Shown in pieces: positions 10,501 to 18,214 of a stretch of DNA of 64,000 bases. Both the position numbers and the translations under genes were made by a program. Within the stretch, counting starts at the first letter, position 1, and every line of letters starts with the position of its first letter. The DNA is from Oscillospiraceae bacterium (GTDB taxonomy: Bacteria > Bacillota > Clostridia > Oscillospirales > Oscillospiraceae). The notes beneath the pieces are model-generated. The model was not told where the DNA came from. It did no database searches and saw nothing but the letters and a program-made list of their open reading frames with translations. The stretch is taken from positions 949 through 64,948 of the forward strand of contig SVLS01000006.1 of NCBI GenBank assembly GCA_015067835.1, written 5' to 3'.

Positions 10501-11095
10501 GCTCGTCACCAAAGAATTCCGCACGGACAGGAAAATCAGCAACAGGGGAGAAGACATCCAAAATTCCACCCCGTACCGCAAATTGCCCCGGACCTTCTAC
10601 CATACTTGTGCGGGTATATCCGGAATCAGTGAGCTGTGCCACAAGGGTTTCCAACTGATACGTGTTGCCAACCTCCAGAGTGAATGTGCACTTGGAAAGA
10701 ATCCCGGGAGGCATGGTGCGCTGAGTCAGGGACTCCCAAGTGACAATTTGCAAGGGTGTGCGACCCTGCAACAGCTCATAGAGCTGGCGAAGCCGCTTTT
10801 GCTCCCAGGCACGGCTGACAACGGCAGTATCATATAAGGTGAGCTCTCTGCTTGGGAGCACAGGAGGTGTGTCACCAAGAAAAGCCTTCAGCTCCTCCTG
10901 TATTCTCTTGGCGGCCATATCATCCTGACAAAGTACCACGATAGGAGCAGCGGAATCCCGATGCAAGGCCGCAAGAATATGACTGCGGTTGATTTGACCG
11001 ATGCCGGTAATCGCAGTTGTTTCGCCCTGAGATACTGCCTTGTATGCGGCGCAGTATTCCGGGATGGATTGAAGAAGAGACAGTAGCTTTTCCAT
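7583..11095 (-). CDS. mfd: Transcription-repair coupling factor
   Basis: 1170 aa with GDVGFGKTEVAMR Walker A, DEEQRFGV box, CarD-like and TRCF domains. ATG at 11095 follows SD ggagga by 6 nt; the TTG at 11116 has no SD. Confidence 0.95.
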   Translation of the reverse strand: MEKLLSLLQSIPEYCAAYKAVSQGETTAITGIGQINRSHILAALHRDSAAPIVVLCQDDMAAKRIQEELKAFLGDTPPVLPSRELTLYDTAVVSRAWEQKRLRQLYELLQGRTPLQIVTWESLTQRTMPPGILSKCTFTLEVGNTYQLETLVAQLTDSGYTRTSMVEGPGQFAVRGGILDVFSPVADFPVRAEFFGDELDTMGYFDPETQRRTENISAITILPVSETQPKLHHLGLAGLCNDLERLLARQKRRKNVHEELIKTLERDLEKYQNGVQNPASDRYMALIYPEMATAMDYIPSNATFVLCDQSLLKRTARNRMDELGMQLDGMLQGGLLAGELCDYALQWEDFCAKLTGKTLLYLDSFGGSSYPEENPPKHLLPMTAKQLPGYGGSLDTAATDLSHYQKMGFASAVLCGTRRRAELLQEQLQERGLSAFLCIPFTTAPQPGQILLTEGTLPFGMEYPSAKLAVLTEGQLLGKAAVKKKPKKSATNRQKLNSFTDLTPGDLVVHENYGIGRFVAMEQIKVDGAVKDYVKIAYQGSDTLFVPATQLDLVSKYIGSGGEDGNVRLNKIGSDAWQKTKTKARKAAKDMAGELIQLYAARKRQEGYAFSADSPWQQEFEDNFPYPETDDQLRCIADIKADMESPTPMDRLLCGDVGFGKTEVAMRSVMKAIMDGKQVAILVPTTVLAQQHYQTAIARFRGFPVNIDVLSRFRTAAQQKKTIQNLRSGGVDLIIGTHKLLQKSIEYKDLGLLIIDEEQRFGVSHKERLKEISKGVDVLTLSATPIPRTLNMALSGIRDMSTIEEPPADRYPVQTFVMEHNNAIIDDAIRREVERGGQVYYLHNRVETIDRCASALQKRIPGLSVAVAHGQMGEDALGDVMQAMADGEIQVLVCTTIIETGLDIPNANTLIIENADRFGLSQLHQLRGRVGRSTRHAYAYFTYRPDKNITEVAQKRLSAIRDFAEFGSGFKIAMRDLEIRGAGNLLGAEQSGHMMSVGYDMYLKLLDEAVLEEKGEKPKEPDCTADLNVTANVSQDYVSRGEERMDLYRRMAAIRTQEDADDLLDEIIDRYGDPPKGVLNLIDIALLRAQAQKVHISDIRQKAGEVWITMTELNFDAISRICSDKDYAKRLQLIATAKQPTLRLKLSAGVDSLRQTKVFLEKYRSLCQST

Positions 11096-11118
11096 GGCTT
11101 TTCCTCCACGTGACAATG

Positions 11119-11147
11119 CGGAAAGGGGGAAAATACCCCCCTTTCCG
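11119..11147 (-). other. Intercistronic stem-loop between pth and mfd
   Basis: cggaaaggggg (11119-11129) / ccccctttccg (11137-11147), 7-nt loop and no T-run, so not a canonical terminator. Confidence 0.5.
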
Positions 11148-11164
11148 TGGCGTTTTGACAGTAT

Positions 11165-11758
11165 TTACGGCTTGCTGCCGTTATAGCGGTTTGCCGCCTC
11201 CGGCACGCCGTGCTCAATGATACAAAGAGCGGCAGCTGCGGCATTTTCCAAAGAGGTCTGCAGCGCCTTTTCCTCCAAAGAGGAGAAGTTGGACAGTACC
11301 CAGTCAGCCAAATCCTGCTCCGAATGTGCCTTGGCACCGACGCCAATTTTGACCCGGGGGAAATCCTGACTGCCCAGCTCTGCAATAATGGATTTGATGC
11401 CGTTATGCCCGCCGGCAGAGCCATCCGGACGGACGCGCAGGCGACCGGGCTCCAGAGAAATGTCATCAAACAAAATGATAATCCGCTGGGGCGGCACCTG
11501 ATAATAAGCAGATAGCTGCAGGACAGAGCGACCGGATAAATTCATATAGGTCAGCGGCTTGAGCAGCAGCAGCTTTACACCGGCGTAATTGACCTGACCG
11601 AACAGCCCCTGAAACTTGGCCTTATCAATTTTGCAGCCCAGCTTTGCAGCAAGAATATCGATAGCGCGATAGCCGGCGTTGTGCCTTGTTTTTTCATATT
11701 CCTTGCCGGGATTGCCAAGACCGACAATCAGCCAGCTTTCACTTTTCTTCCCAAACAC
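11165..11758 (-). CDS. pth: Peptidyl-tRNA hydrolase
   Basis: LIVGLGNPGKEYEKTRHNAG signature; 197 aa; conserved prs-pth-mfd order. Confidence 0.95.
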   Translation of the reverse strand: MFGKKSESWLIVGLGNPGKEYEKTRHNAGYRAIDILAAKLGCKIDKAKFQGLFGQVNYAGVKLLLLKPLTYMNLSGRSVLQLSAYYQVPPQRIIILFDDISLEPGRLRVRPDGSAGGHNGIKSIIAELGSQDFPRVKIGVGAKAHSEQDLADWVLSNFSSLEEKALQTSLENAAAAALCIIEHGVPEAANRYNGSKP

Positions 11759-11761
11759 GGC

Positions 11762-12742
11762 TTAAAACAAATCAGCGATGGAAGTACCACCGTGAATATG
11801 GTCAATGGCACGGGCGAAAACAGGGGCAACATCCAAATACACCAGCTTGCTGCAGCTGCTGTTGGTTGCGCGTGGGATGGTGTTGAGGAAGACCATTTCC
11901 TTAATGGGGCTGTTTTCAATCCGTTCATACGCAGGGCCGGACAGCACACCGTGAGTAGCGCAGGCGTAAACCTCTTTTGCACCACCGATGTCCACCAAAG
12001 CCTGTGCAGCGTTGCACAGGGAGCCGGCGGTGTCCACCATATCATCGTACAAAATGCAAACCTTGTCCTTTACATCGCCGATGATGTTCATAACCTCGCT
12101 GACATTGGCCTTGGGACGGCGCTTGTCAACGATGGCCAGACCCATGTGAAGTTTGGAGGCAAAAGCACGGGCACGTCCAACAGAACCGACATCGGGAGAA
12201 ACAATGACAAAATCATCGTAATTGAATTGGTCTTCCGGGAATTTGCTTGTAAAGTAATGACAGAAAGTGGGGTTACCCAGCAGATGATCCAAAGGAATAT
12301 CAAAGAAGCCCTGAATCTGCGGGGCGTGGAGATCCATTGTCAGTACCCGATTTGCGCCAGCGGCGGCAATCATATTTGCAACCAGCTTAGCGGAGATGGG
12401 GTCGCGGCTCTTGGCCTTACGATCCTGACGGGCGTAGCCGAAATAGGGAATGACGGCAGTAATACGACCAGCAGAGGCACGACGGCAAGCGTCAATCATG
12501 ACCAGAAGCTCCATCAGATGGTCGTTAACCGGCTTGCAGGTGGACTGAATCAAGAAGACGTCAGCACCGCGAACGGTTTCGTTCAAGCTGACAGAAGCTT
12601 CTCCATCGGAGAAGGTCTTGACATCGCTGTCACCCAAGGTGATGCCTAATTCCTTGCAAATGGTGCGGGCAAACTCCGGGTTGGAATTGCCGCAAAAAAC
12701 CTGAATATGCTCTCCGTACGCAATCATCAAAAAATACCTCAC
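11762..12742 (-). CDS. prs: Ribose-phosphate pyrophosphokinase
   Basis: DLHAPQIQGFF, VSPDVGSVGRAR and the DDMVDTAGSL PRPP-binding loop. Confidence 0.95.
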   Translation of the reverse strand: MRYFLMIAYGEHIQVFCGNSNPEFARTICKELGITLGDSDVKTFSDGEASVSLNETVRGADVFLIQSTCKPVNDHLMELLVMIDACRRASAGRITAVIPYFGYARQDRKAKSRDPISAKLVANMIAAAGANRVLTMDLHAPQIQGFFDIPLDHLLGNPTFCHYFTSKFPEDQFNYDDFVIVSPDVGSVGRARAFASKLHMGLAIVDKRRPKANVSEVMNIIGDVKDKVCILYDDMVDTAGSLCNAAQALVDIGGAKEVYACATHGVLSGPAYERIENSPIKEMVFLNTIPRATNSSCSKLVYLDVAPVFARAIDHIHGGTSIADLF

Positions 12743-12778
12743 TTTATTCTTTTTCTGTTACGCGAGATGAACCAGTAT

Positions 12779-12808
12779 TATTATAGCATTGTTACTTATT
12801 GAAAAGCA
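12779..12808 (-). promoter_or_regulatory. Sigma-A-type promoter for prs
   Basis: Minus strand TTGCTT (12803-12808), 18-nt spacer, TATAAT (12779-12784). Confidence 0.5.
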
Positions 12809-12884
12809 ACTGTTTTTGAGAAAAAATACACCTAATTATAGGGGAAAATCAAAGGATAATTTGGGCAAAACTGCTGTGGAGCGC

Positions 12885-12913
12885 TTGACAAATAATACCG
12901 CAGGGAGTATAAT
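12885..12913 (+). promoter_or_regulatory. Consensus sigma-A promoter for tRNA-Ala
   Basis: TTGACA 12885-12890, 17-nt spacer, TATAAT 12908-12913; the tRNA starts 16 nt downstream. Confidence 0.7.
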
Positions 12914-12928
12914 TCGGAGGTAATAAAC

Positions 12929-13004
12929 GGGCTCGTAGCGCAGCTGGGAGCGCACCACATTCGCATTGTGGGGGTCGGGAGTTCGAATCTCCTCGAGTCC
13001 ACCA
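12929..13004 (+). tRNA. tRNA-Ala (anticodon CGC), CCA encoded
   Basis: Manual cloverleaf: acceptor GGGCTCG/CGAGTCC with G3:U70, D arm GCGC/GCGC, anticodon stem CCACA/TGTGG with loop TTCGCAT, T arm GGGAG-TTCGAAT-CTCCT, ACCA end; 76 nt. Confidence 0.93.
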
Positions 13005-13030
13005 ATAAAAAGTACCGCCGAAAGGCGGTA
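12992..13030 (+). repeat. Direct repeat copy 1 (last 13 nt of tRNA-Ala plus the terminator hairpin)
   Basis: ctcgagtccaccaataaaaagtaccgccgaaaggcggta, identical to 13161-13199. Confidence 0.9.
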
Positions 13031-13036
13031 TTTTTT
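13013..13036 (+). terminator. Rho-independent terminator of tRNA-Ala
   Basis: taccgcc-gaaa-ggcggta followed by tttttt. Confidence 0.8.
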
Positions 13037-13055
13037 GTTGGTATGGTATTCACGA

Positions 13056-13068
13056 GAGGAGATTCGAA
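13056..13068 (-). repeat. Inverted 13-nt copy of the tRNA-Ala T-loop/T-stem
   Basis: gaggagattcgaa is the reverse complement of ttcgaatctcctc at 12982-12994. Confidence 0.7.
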
Positions 13069-13160
13069 AGATAAAATCCAACAGTCCGGTGGACTGTTGG
13101 GCGATGGGTAGGGGCCCATCGCGACAATGTTTTTTGCAACGCAAAAATGCAAACGAAGGA

Positions 13161-13199
13161 CTCGAGTCCACCAATAAAAAGTACCGCCGAAAGGCGGTA
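13161..13199 (+). repeat. Direct repeat copy 2 (tRNA 3' end fragment plus terminator hairpin)
   Basis: Perfect 39/39 match to 12992-13030, with no tRNA body upstream of it. Confidence 0.9.
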
Positions 13200-13204
13200 C
13201 TTTT
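13181..13204. terminator. Duplicated hairpin, usable as terminator of the minus-strand MFS gene
   Basis: gtaccgcc-gaaa-ggcggtac with tttt on the plus side and ttttta on the minus side; the MFS stop is at 13216. Confidence 0.6.
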
Positions 13205-13215
13205 GGTTGCAGTTA

Positions 13216-14502
13216 TTATTTTTGGACTTTCTTTTTGCCAAGGATCAGGCAAACCGCCAGCACGATTGCGGCAGGAATCAGAGCCGCCAGGAAAATGTTG
13301 GCATTGGGAATAAAAGAGGTTGTGCCGTCATCGTTGGTGATGGTCTGCGCATTGGAAAGAACCAGTTTTCCAATATACGGCCCAATTACGCCGGGCACAA
13401 GCACCTGAGAAAAAATACGGACGCCTTGCAGCATACCGGCTTTGCCTATAGGGGTCAAATCCCGGATTCGCGCGCCAAAGACAGCCATTCCGCACAAATA
13501 ACCGCACATCATCAGCAATGAGCCGAGGAACACCGGTACGGTAGAACGGAACAGGAACAGAACGGCATAGCCGCACAGCAGAGATACCAGAGAGATAATT
13601 GCGCTGAAGGAGAAGCCCTTGCGGTCATAAATGCGCCCCCACAGGGCGGTGGCAACTGATGCCAGGATAATGGCCGGAGCCATAATCATCACATAGTCCT
13701 TCATCCCCAGTGATTCCTCGTAGTAGATAATCAGGTAGGGCATAAAGATTTGGATGGAGATATTAAAGACCACAAAAATCAGAAGGCTGATATACAGCTC
13801 CTTATTGGCCTTGACGGTGGAAGGGCGGAAGCCATAAATAACATTCTGCCAATACCGGGTTTGAGACGGTTGCACGGGTGCATCCTGAATGAGGAAAAAG
13901 CCCAGCGCACCCACCAAAAGAGTGATGCCGCCGATGATGGTAAAGATGATACTCCAATTCTCTGCGCTGTCCAGACTAAATGCCATAAAACCGCCAAATA
14001 CCACCAAAATGGCAACCAGAGGCATCATTGCGTTGATACCCTCTGCCGCACCGCGATTGGTTTCGTCGGTGCTGTCTGTCAGCCAGGCGTTGAAGGCGGC
14101 ATCATTGGCAGAAGAGCCGAAAAAGGTCATTACGCAGTCCAGAATAATGGTCAAAGAGACACCTACACTGGCGGCAGAGACGGTCATCGGGAACAGCTTG
14201 GGAATCCAATCCACCCGTAAAAATGCAAAGGCAATCAGGGAAATGCCCCACAGAACATAACCGCCGCAGATAAACAGCTTCCGCTTGCCGATGCGGTCAG
14301 ACAGAGCGCCAATCAGAACGGTGGTTAAGGTAGCGGTAATGGCGCTGGCGGTCACCATCAGAGAAATATCTGCAGCGGTGGCCCGGAACATCTTATAGAT
14401 AAAGACATTCAAATACATATTTTCTACCACCCAGGCGACCTGACCGAACAGACTGAACAGGGTCAGGGCGCACCAGAAACGAGCAGAGAGTTTTGATTTC
14501 AT
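13216..14502 (-). CDS. MFS transporter
   Basis: 428 aa, about 12 hydrophobic helices, GALSDRIGKRK loop motif between TM2 and TM3. Confidence 0.85.
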   Translation of the reverse strand: MKSKLSARFWCALTLFSLFGQVAWVVENMYLNVFIYKMFRATAADISLMVTASAITATLTTVLIGALSDRIGKRKLFICGGYVLWGISLIAFAFLRVDWIPKLFPMTVSAASVGVSLTIILDCVMTFFGSSANDAAFNAWLTDSTDETNRGAAEGINAMMPLVAILVVFGGFMAFSLDSAENWSIIFTIIGGITLLVGALGFFLIQDAPVQPSQTRYWQNVIYGFRPSTVKANKELYISLLIFVVFNISIQIFMPYLIIYYEESLGMKDYVMIMAPAIILASVATALWGRIYDRKGFSFSAIISLVSLLCGYAVLFLFRSTVPVFLGSLLMMCGYLCGMAVFGARIRDLTPIGKAGMLQGVRIFSQVLVPGVIGPYIGKLVLSNAQTITNDDGTTSFIPNANIFLAALIPAAIVLAVCLILGKKKVQK

Positions 14503-14522
14503 TTTACCATCCTCCCAAAAAT

Positions 14523-14615
14523 GTCATTCCGAGCCAGTGTGCACACTGGCGTGGGAATCTCCTGAATCGGAGGGGATTGCCACACCAGTGACATCGGTCA
14601 CTGGTTCGCAATGAC
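14523..14615. repeat. Multi-hairpin palindromic intergenic element, copy A
   Basis: Terminal inverted repeats gtcattccgag / ttcgcaatgac enclosing three hairpins; same architecture as 38392-38494. Confidence 0.8.
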
Positions 14616-14629
14616 ACCTTGTGTTTAAA

Positions 14630-15637
14630 TTACAACAACCGGATGCCGGCATTCTCACAGGCCTTCACAGTCTCCGCATCCCAGATGCTGGATTGCACTT
14701 CGCCAATATGGGCGCAGCCCATCATCAGCATACTCAAGCGGGATTGACCGATGCCGCCGCCAATGGTCAGCGGCAGCTGATCGCTCAAAAGCATCTGATG
14801 GAAGGGAAGCTGCCGGCGATGCTCACAGTTCGCTGCCCTCAGCTGATAGTCAAGGGCTTGTGCATCAACGCGGATGCCCATGGAGGAAATTTCCAAAGCC
14901 CGGTCCAAAACTTCGTCCCAGAAGAAAATGTCACAGTTGAGCTGCCAATCATCGTAGTCCGGCGCACGACCGTCGTGGGGCTTGCCGGAGGCCAGCTTAC
15001 CGCCGATTTGCATAATGCAGGCAGTATGATGCTCCTTGACATAGGCTTTTTCCCGCTGCGAGCCGGTCAAATCCGGGTACATATCCTCCAACTCCTGGGT
15101 GGTGATGAAAGAAACCTCCCGCTCCAATTCCACGCGAAGCTGAGGAAAACGGACGTGAAGGCGGTCATTGGTATCGCAGATAGCGCGCACGATGGCGCGT
15201 ACAATCAGCTTCAGGTAATCCAGATTCCGATTTTCCCGGGTGATGACCTTTTCCCAGTCCCATTGGTCCACATAAATGGAGTGGATATTATCCAGACTCT
15301 CATCCCGACGGATGGCATTCATATCGGTATACAGACCGTTGCCGACGCTGAAATTATACCGCTTCAGAGCCAGCCGTTTCCACTTTGCCAGGGAGTGAAC
15401 CACCTGAGCATCTTTACCCACGGCGGGGACATCAAAGGAAACAGCACGTTCATAGCCGTTCAAATTATCATTTAAGCCGGATTCTTCGGTGACAAACAGG
15501 GGAGCAGAGACCCGCTTTAAATTCAAAGCAGTTGAAAACTCCTCCTGGAAAGTTTCTTTGATATAGGCAATGGCACGCTGGGTGTCATAAGCGTCCAGCA
15601 CAGGCCGATAGCCCTCCGGGATGTATATTTGATTCAT
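14630..15637 (-). CDS. asnA: Aspartate--ammonia ligase
   Basis: AsnA-type class II synthetase-like sequence from MNQIYIPEGYRPVL onward. ATG at 15637 gives 335 aa and avoids overlap with the upstream HAD gene. Confidence 0.9.
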   Translation of the reverse strand: MNQIYIPEGYRPVLDAYDTQRAIAYIKETFQEEFSTALNLKRVSAPLFVTEESGLNDNLNGYERAVSFDVPAVGKDAQVVHSLAKWKRLALKRYNFSVGNGLYTDMNAIRRDESLDNIHSIYVDQWDWEKVITRENRNLDYLKLIVRAIVRAICDTNDRLHVRFPQLRVELEREVSFITTQELEDMYPDLTGSQREKAYVKEHHTACIMQIGGKLASGKPHDGRAPDYDDWQLNCDIFFWDEVLDRALEISSMGIRVDAQALDYQLRAANCEHRRQLPFHQMLLSDQLPLTIGGGIGQSRLSMLMMGCAHIGEVQSSIWDAETVKACENAGIRLL

Positions 15638-15680
15638 ATCGGCAACAACCTTTCTGATTGATTTGAATGCAGCTTTTTCA

Positions 15681-16346
15681 TCATTGATTGCAGCTGCGAA
15701 TGTGCTCCAATAGCTCCATGGGCTTTTCAATGGTCATATCTGCACCGTTTTCCAGCAGTTCTTCCTTGCCACGGAAGCCCCAGAGAACACCAATGGTATA
15801 AAGCTTTGCATTCTTGCCAGTTTTCATATCCGTACCGGTGTCGCCGATGTACAGGCATTCTTCGGGGGAAACACCCATATCCGACAAAATCTGCAAAACG
15901 GCGGTGGGATCGGGCTTAATGGGAATTCCTTCCCGCTGACCGTAAACACAGTCGAAATAGCCCTCACCAAACAGAGAAGAAACTACACCGTTGGTGGCAA
16001 AATGAGGCTTGTTGGACACAATGGAAATCTTTACACCCAGAGCCTTGATGCCGTCCAACGCTTCTTGCATTCCGTCAAACATTTTTGTTTTGTAGGAGGT
16101 GTTGGCGTTGTAGGCATTGTCGTAATCCCGGAAAACCTTCTCAAAGGTCTCCTCAGACATACAACCGCGGAAGTTCAGCATATTTTTGATGAGATTAATG
16201 ATGCCGTTGCCGGCAAGGTATTTGTACTGTTCCACCGGGATGGGTTCAATTCCGTGCTTTTCAAGAGCGAAATTGCCATAATAGGCAATGGACTCAACAG
16301 TGTCCAGAACAGTGCCGTCCAGGTCAAAAACACATAGCTTAATCAT
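15681..16346 (-). CDS. HAD-family phosphatase (phosphoglycolate-phosphatase-like)
   Basis: FDLDGTVLD motif I, SNK motif and GDTGTDM motif III. Confidence 0.85.
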   Translation of the reverse strand: MIKLCVFDLDGTVLDTVESIAYYGNFALEKHGIEPIPVEQYKYLAGNGIINLIKNMLNFRGCMSEETFEKVFRDYDNAYNANTSYKTKMFDGMQEALDGIKALGVKISIVSNKPHFATNGVVSSLFGEGYFDCVYGQREGIPIKPDPTAVLQILSDMGVSPEECLYIGDTGTDMKTGKNAKLYTIGVLWGFRGKEELLENGADMTIEKPMELLEHIRSCNQ

Positions 16347-16363
16347 GGATGCTTCTCCTTTGT

Positions 16364-17230
16364 TTACAGTGCATCGAACATATCTGCCAAACGGCGTGCA
16401 GCCTTTGCCAGATCACACAGTCCGTCAAAAACATCAATTTCAGGATGCTTGGTCAGGTAGTAGGAAGCTTCCAGGGTGAAATCACCGGAGTAATTTACAT
16501 CCTTTAAAGCCTTGACAATGGGTGCGTAGTCGATGTTCAGGGAGAAGGGGATCTGATGATTATCATTGTGCTTGTCAATGTCGTGAATATGCAGCGCCTG
16601 TACGTGATGTCCCAGGGCACGAATCATCTGTGCTGCGCTGGTGCCAAGACCGTCCATTTCGGCGTGACCGAGGTCCACACAGGCAACAAAGGAATCGTCA
16701 TTAATGGCTTCCATCTGTGCCAGGAAGCTGTCGTGGGTGGAACAGTTGGTGGGTTTGGCGTGATCTTCCTTCAAATCCCAGTCCCACATATTTTCTGTGG
16801 CAATTTTGATGCCGTGCTCCTTGGCAAAAGGAAGCAGCCCCAGGAAAAACTCTGTATTTTTCTCCATCTCCACTCTGCAGTAAGGGTGAATGACACAAAT
16901 CTTGCCGCCCAGCTCAGCCGTACACTCAATGGCCCATTTCAACCGGTCGTGTGCCTCAGGCATATCTGCGGGATAGGGGGCGTGGGACTGATTGCAGGGG
17001 ATGCCGTTGTCATCTGCAATTTGCTTCAGATGCCGAACGTATTTCAGATACTGAGGTCCGACCAGGGGATGTCTGTTGTTTAAAAAGAGTCTCTCCGTTC
17101 TCGGATCTTCAACAATCACTTCAGAAAGAGTGATGTCAAATGCATCAAAGCCTGCTTTGGCAATGTAAGGGATTGCCATATCCAAACCCATACGGCGGGC
17201 GGCAGAACCGGTTTCGGTAGAAATTTTCAT
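16364..17230 (-). CDS. Sugar phosphate isomerase/epimerase (xylose-isomerase-like TIM barrel), paralog 1
   Basis: 288 aa with conserved IATENM, VDLGHAEM and HIHDIDKHNDNHQIPF metal-site-like motifs. Confidence 0.8.
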   Translation of the reverse strand: MKISTETGSAARRMGLDMAIPYIAKAGFDAFDITLSEVIVEDPRTERLFLNNRHPLVGPQYLKYVRHLKQIADDNGIPCNQSHAPYPADMPEAHDRLKWAIECTAELGGKICVIHPYCRVEMEKNTEFFLGLLPFAKEHGIKIATENMWDWDLKEDHAKPTNCSTHDSFLAQMEAINDDSFVACVDLGHAEMDGLGTSAAQMIRALGHHVQALHIHDIDKHNDNHQIPFSLNIDYAPIVKALKDVNYSGDFTLEASYYLTKHPEIDVFDGLCDLAKAARRLADMFDAL

Positions 17231-17245
17231 ATTTTTACTCCTCCA

Positions 17246-18109
17246 TTACAGTGCTTCAAACATATCTGCCAAACGGCGGACAGCCTTTTGCAGACTGCAA
17301 ACGCAATCAAAGGTATCCCAGTCCGGATTCTCACGGATGTAGTTTACAGCTTCCAATGTAAAATAGCCGCTGTAATTGACGTCCTTCAGGGCTTTGACAA
17401 CCTCTTCAAAATTCACATTCAGGGAGAAGGGAATCTGGTGATTGTCATCGTGCTTGTCGATATCGTGAATGTGCAGTGCCTGAACATGGCGTCCCAGGGT
17501 ACGAATCATCTGCGGGGCACTGGTGTTCAGGCCAAACATTTCAGCATGGCCGACATCTACGCAGGCAACGAGATAATCGTCATTCGCAGCCTGAATATGT
17601 GCAAGGAAGTTATCGTGGTCGGAGCAGGCAGCAGGAGCGGCGTGACCTTCTTCCCGGTTCCAGTTCCACATATTTTCGGTTGCAATCTTAACACCGTGCT
17701 CCTTGGCAAAGGGAAGCAGTTCAATGTACATTTCCGCGTTCCCCTCGGCAGAGCGATTGTTATCAGGATGGATAACACAAATCTTGCCGCCTGCTTCTGC
17801 TGTGCATTCAATGGCACGCTTTAAATAGCCGTGTGCAATGGGATCGCTGACGGGGAAGGGAGCATGGGACTGGTTGCAGATAATGCCGTTATCGTCAGCA
17901 ACCTTTCTCAAATGGCGAACATGTCTTAAATACTGAGGTCCAGCCAGAATATCATCCTGATTCGGAATCAGCTTCCAGTCCGTGGTGTAAGTAATCATAC
18001 TGCTCATGGACAGGTCATAGGCGTCAAAGCCGGCCTTTGCTACATACTCAATAGCCTTCGGACGGCCAACGCGGCTGGCAATAGATGCAATTTCGGTTGA
18101 AACTTTCAT
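17246..18109 (-). CDS. Sugar phosphate isomerase/epimerase, paralog 2
   Basis: 287 aa, collinear with the neighbouring paralog (roughly 60 percent identical by eye). Confidence 0.8.
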   Translation of the reverse strand: MKVSTEIASIASRVGRPKAIEYVAKAGFDAYDLSMSSMITYTTDWKLIPNQDDILAGPQYLRHVRHLRKVADDNGIICNQSHAPFPVSDPIAHGYLKRAIECTAEAGGKICVIHPDNNRSAEGNAEMYIELLPFAKEHGVKIATENMWNWNREEGHAAPAACSDHDNFLAHIQAANDDYLVACVDVGHAEMFGLNTSAPQMIRTLGRHVQALHIHDIDKHDDNHQIPFSLNVNFEEVVKALKDVNYSGYFTLEAVNYIRENPDWDTFDCVCSLQKAVRRLADMFEAL

Positions 18110-18129
18110 AGATTACCCTCCTTTTTAAC

Positions 18130-18158
18130 TTGCTTTATTATATCGTATATGCTATGAT
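18130..18158 (+). promoter_or_regulatory. Sigma-A-type promoter for the histidine phosphatase gene
   Basis: TTGCTT 18130-18135, 17-nt spacer, TATGAT 18153-18158. Confidence 0.5.
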
Positions 18159-18165
18159 AAAGCAA
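18137..18165 (-). promoter_or_regulatory. Sigma-A-type promoter for the isomerase operon, fully overlapping the plus-strand promoter
   Basis: Minus strand TTGCTT (18160-18165), 17-nt spacer, TATAAT (18137-18142). Confidence 0.55.
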
Positions 18166-18214
18166 GTATTTTATACGGTTTCTGCGCTATTTTTGAGAAA
18201 AAGGAAGTTAGAAA

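Noticed and set aside
12832-13313. Several 60-140-aa ORFs on both strands over the tRNA-Ala region
   Set aside because: They overlap a tRNA gene, its terminator and the duplicated repeat, and they have no SD. They are artefacts of structured non-coding DNA.
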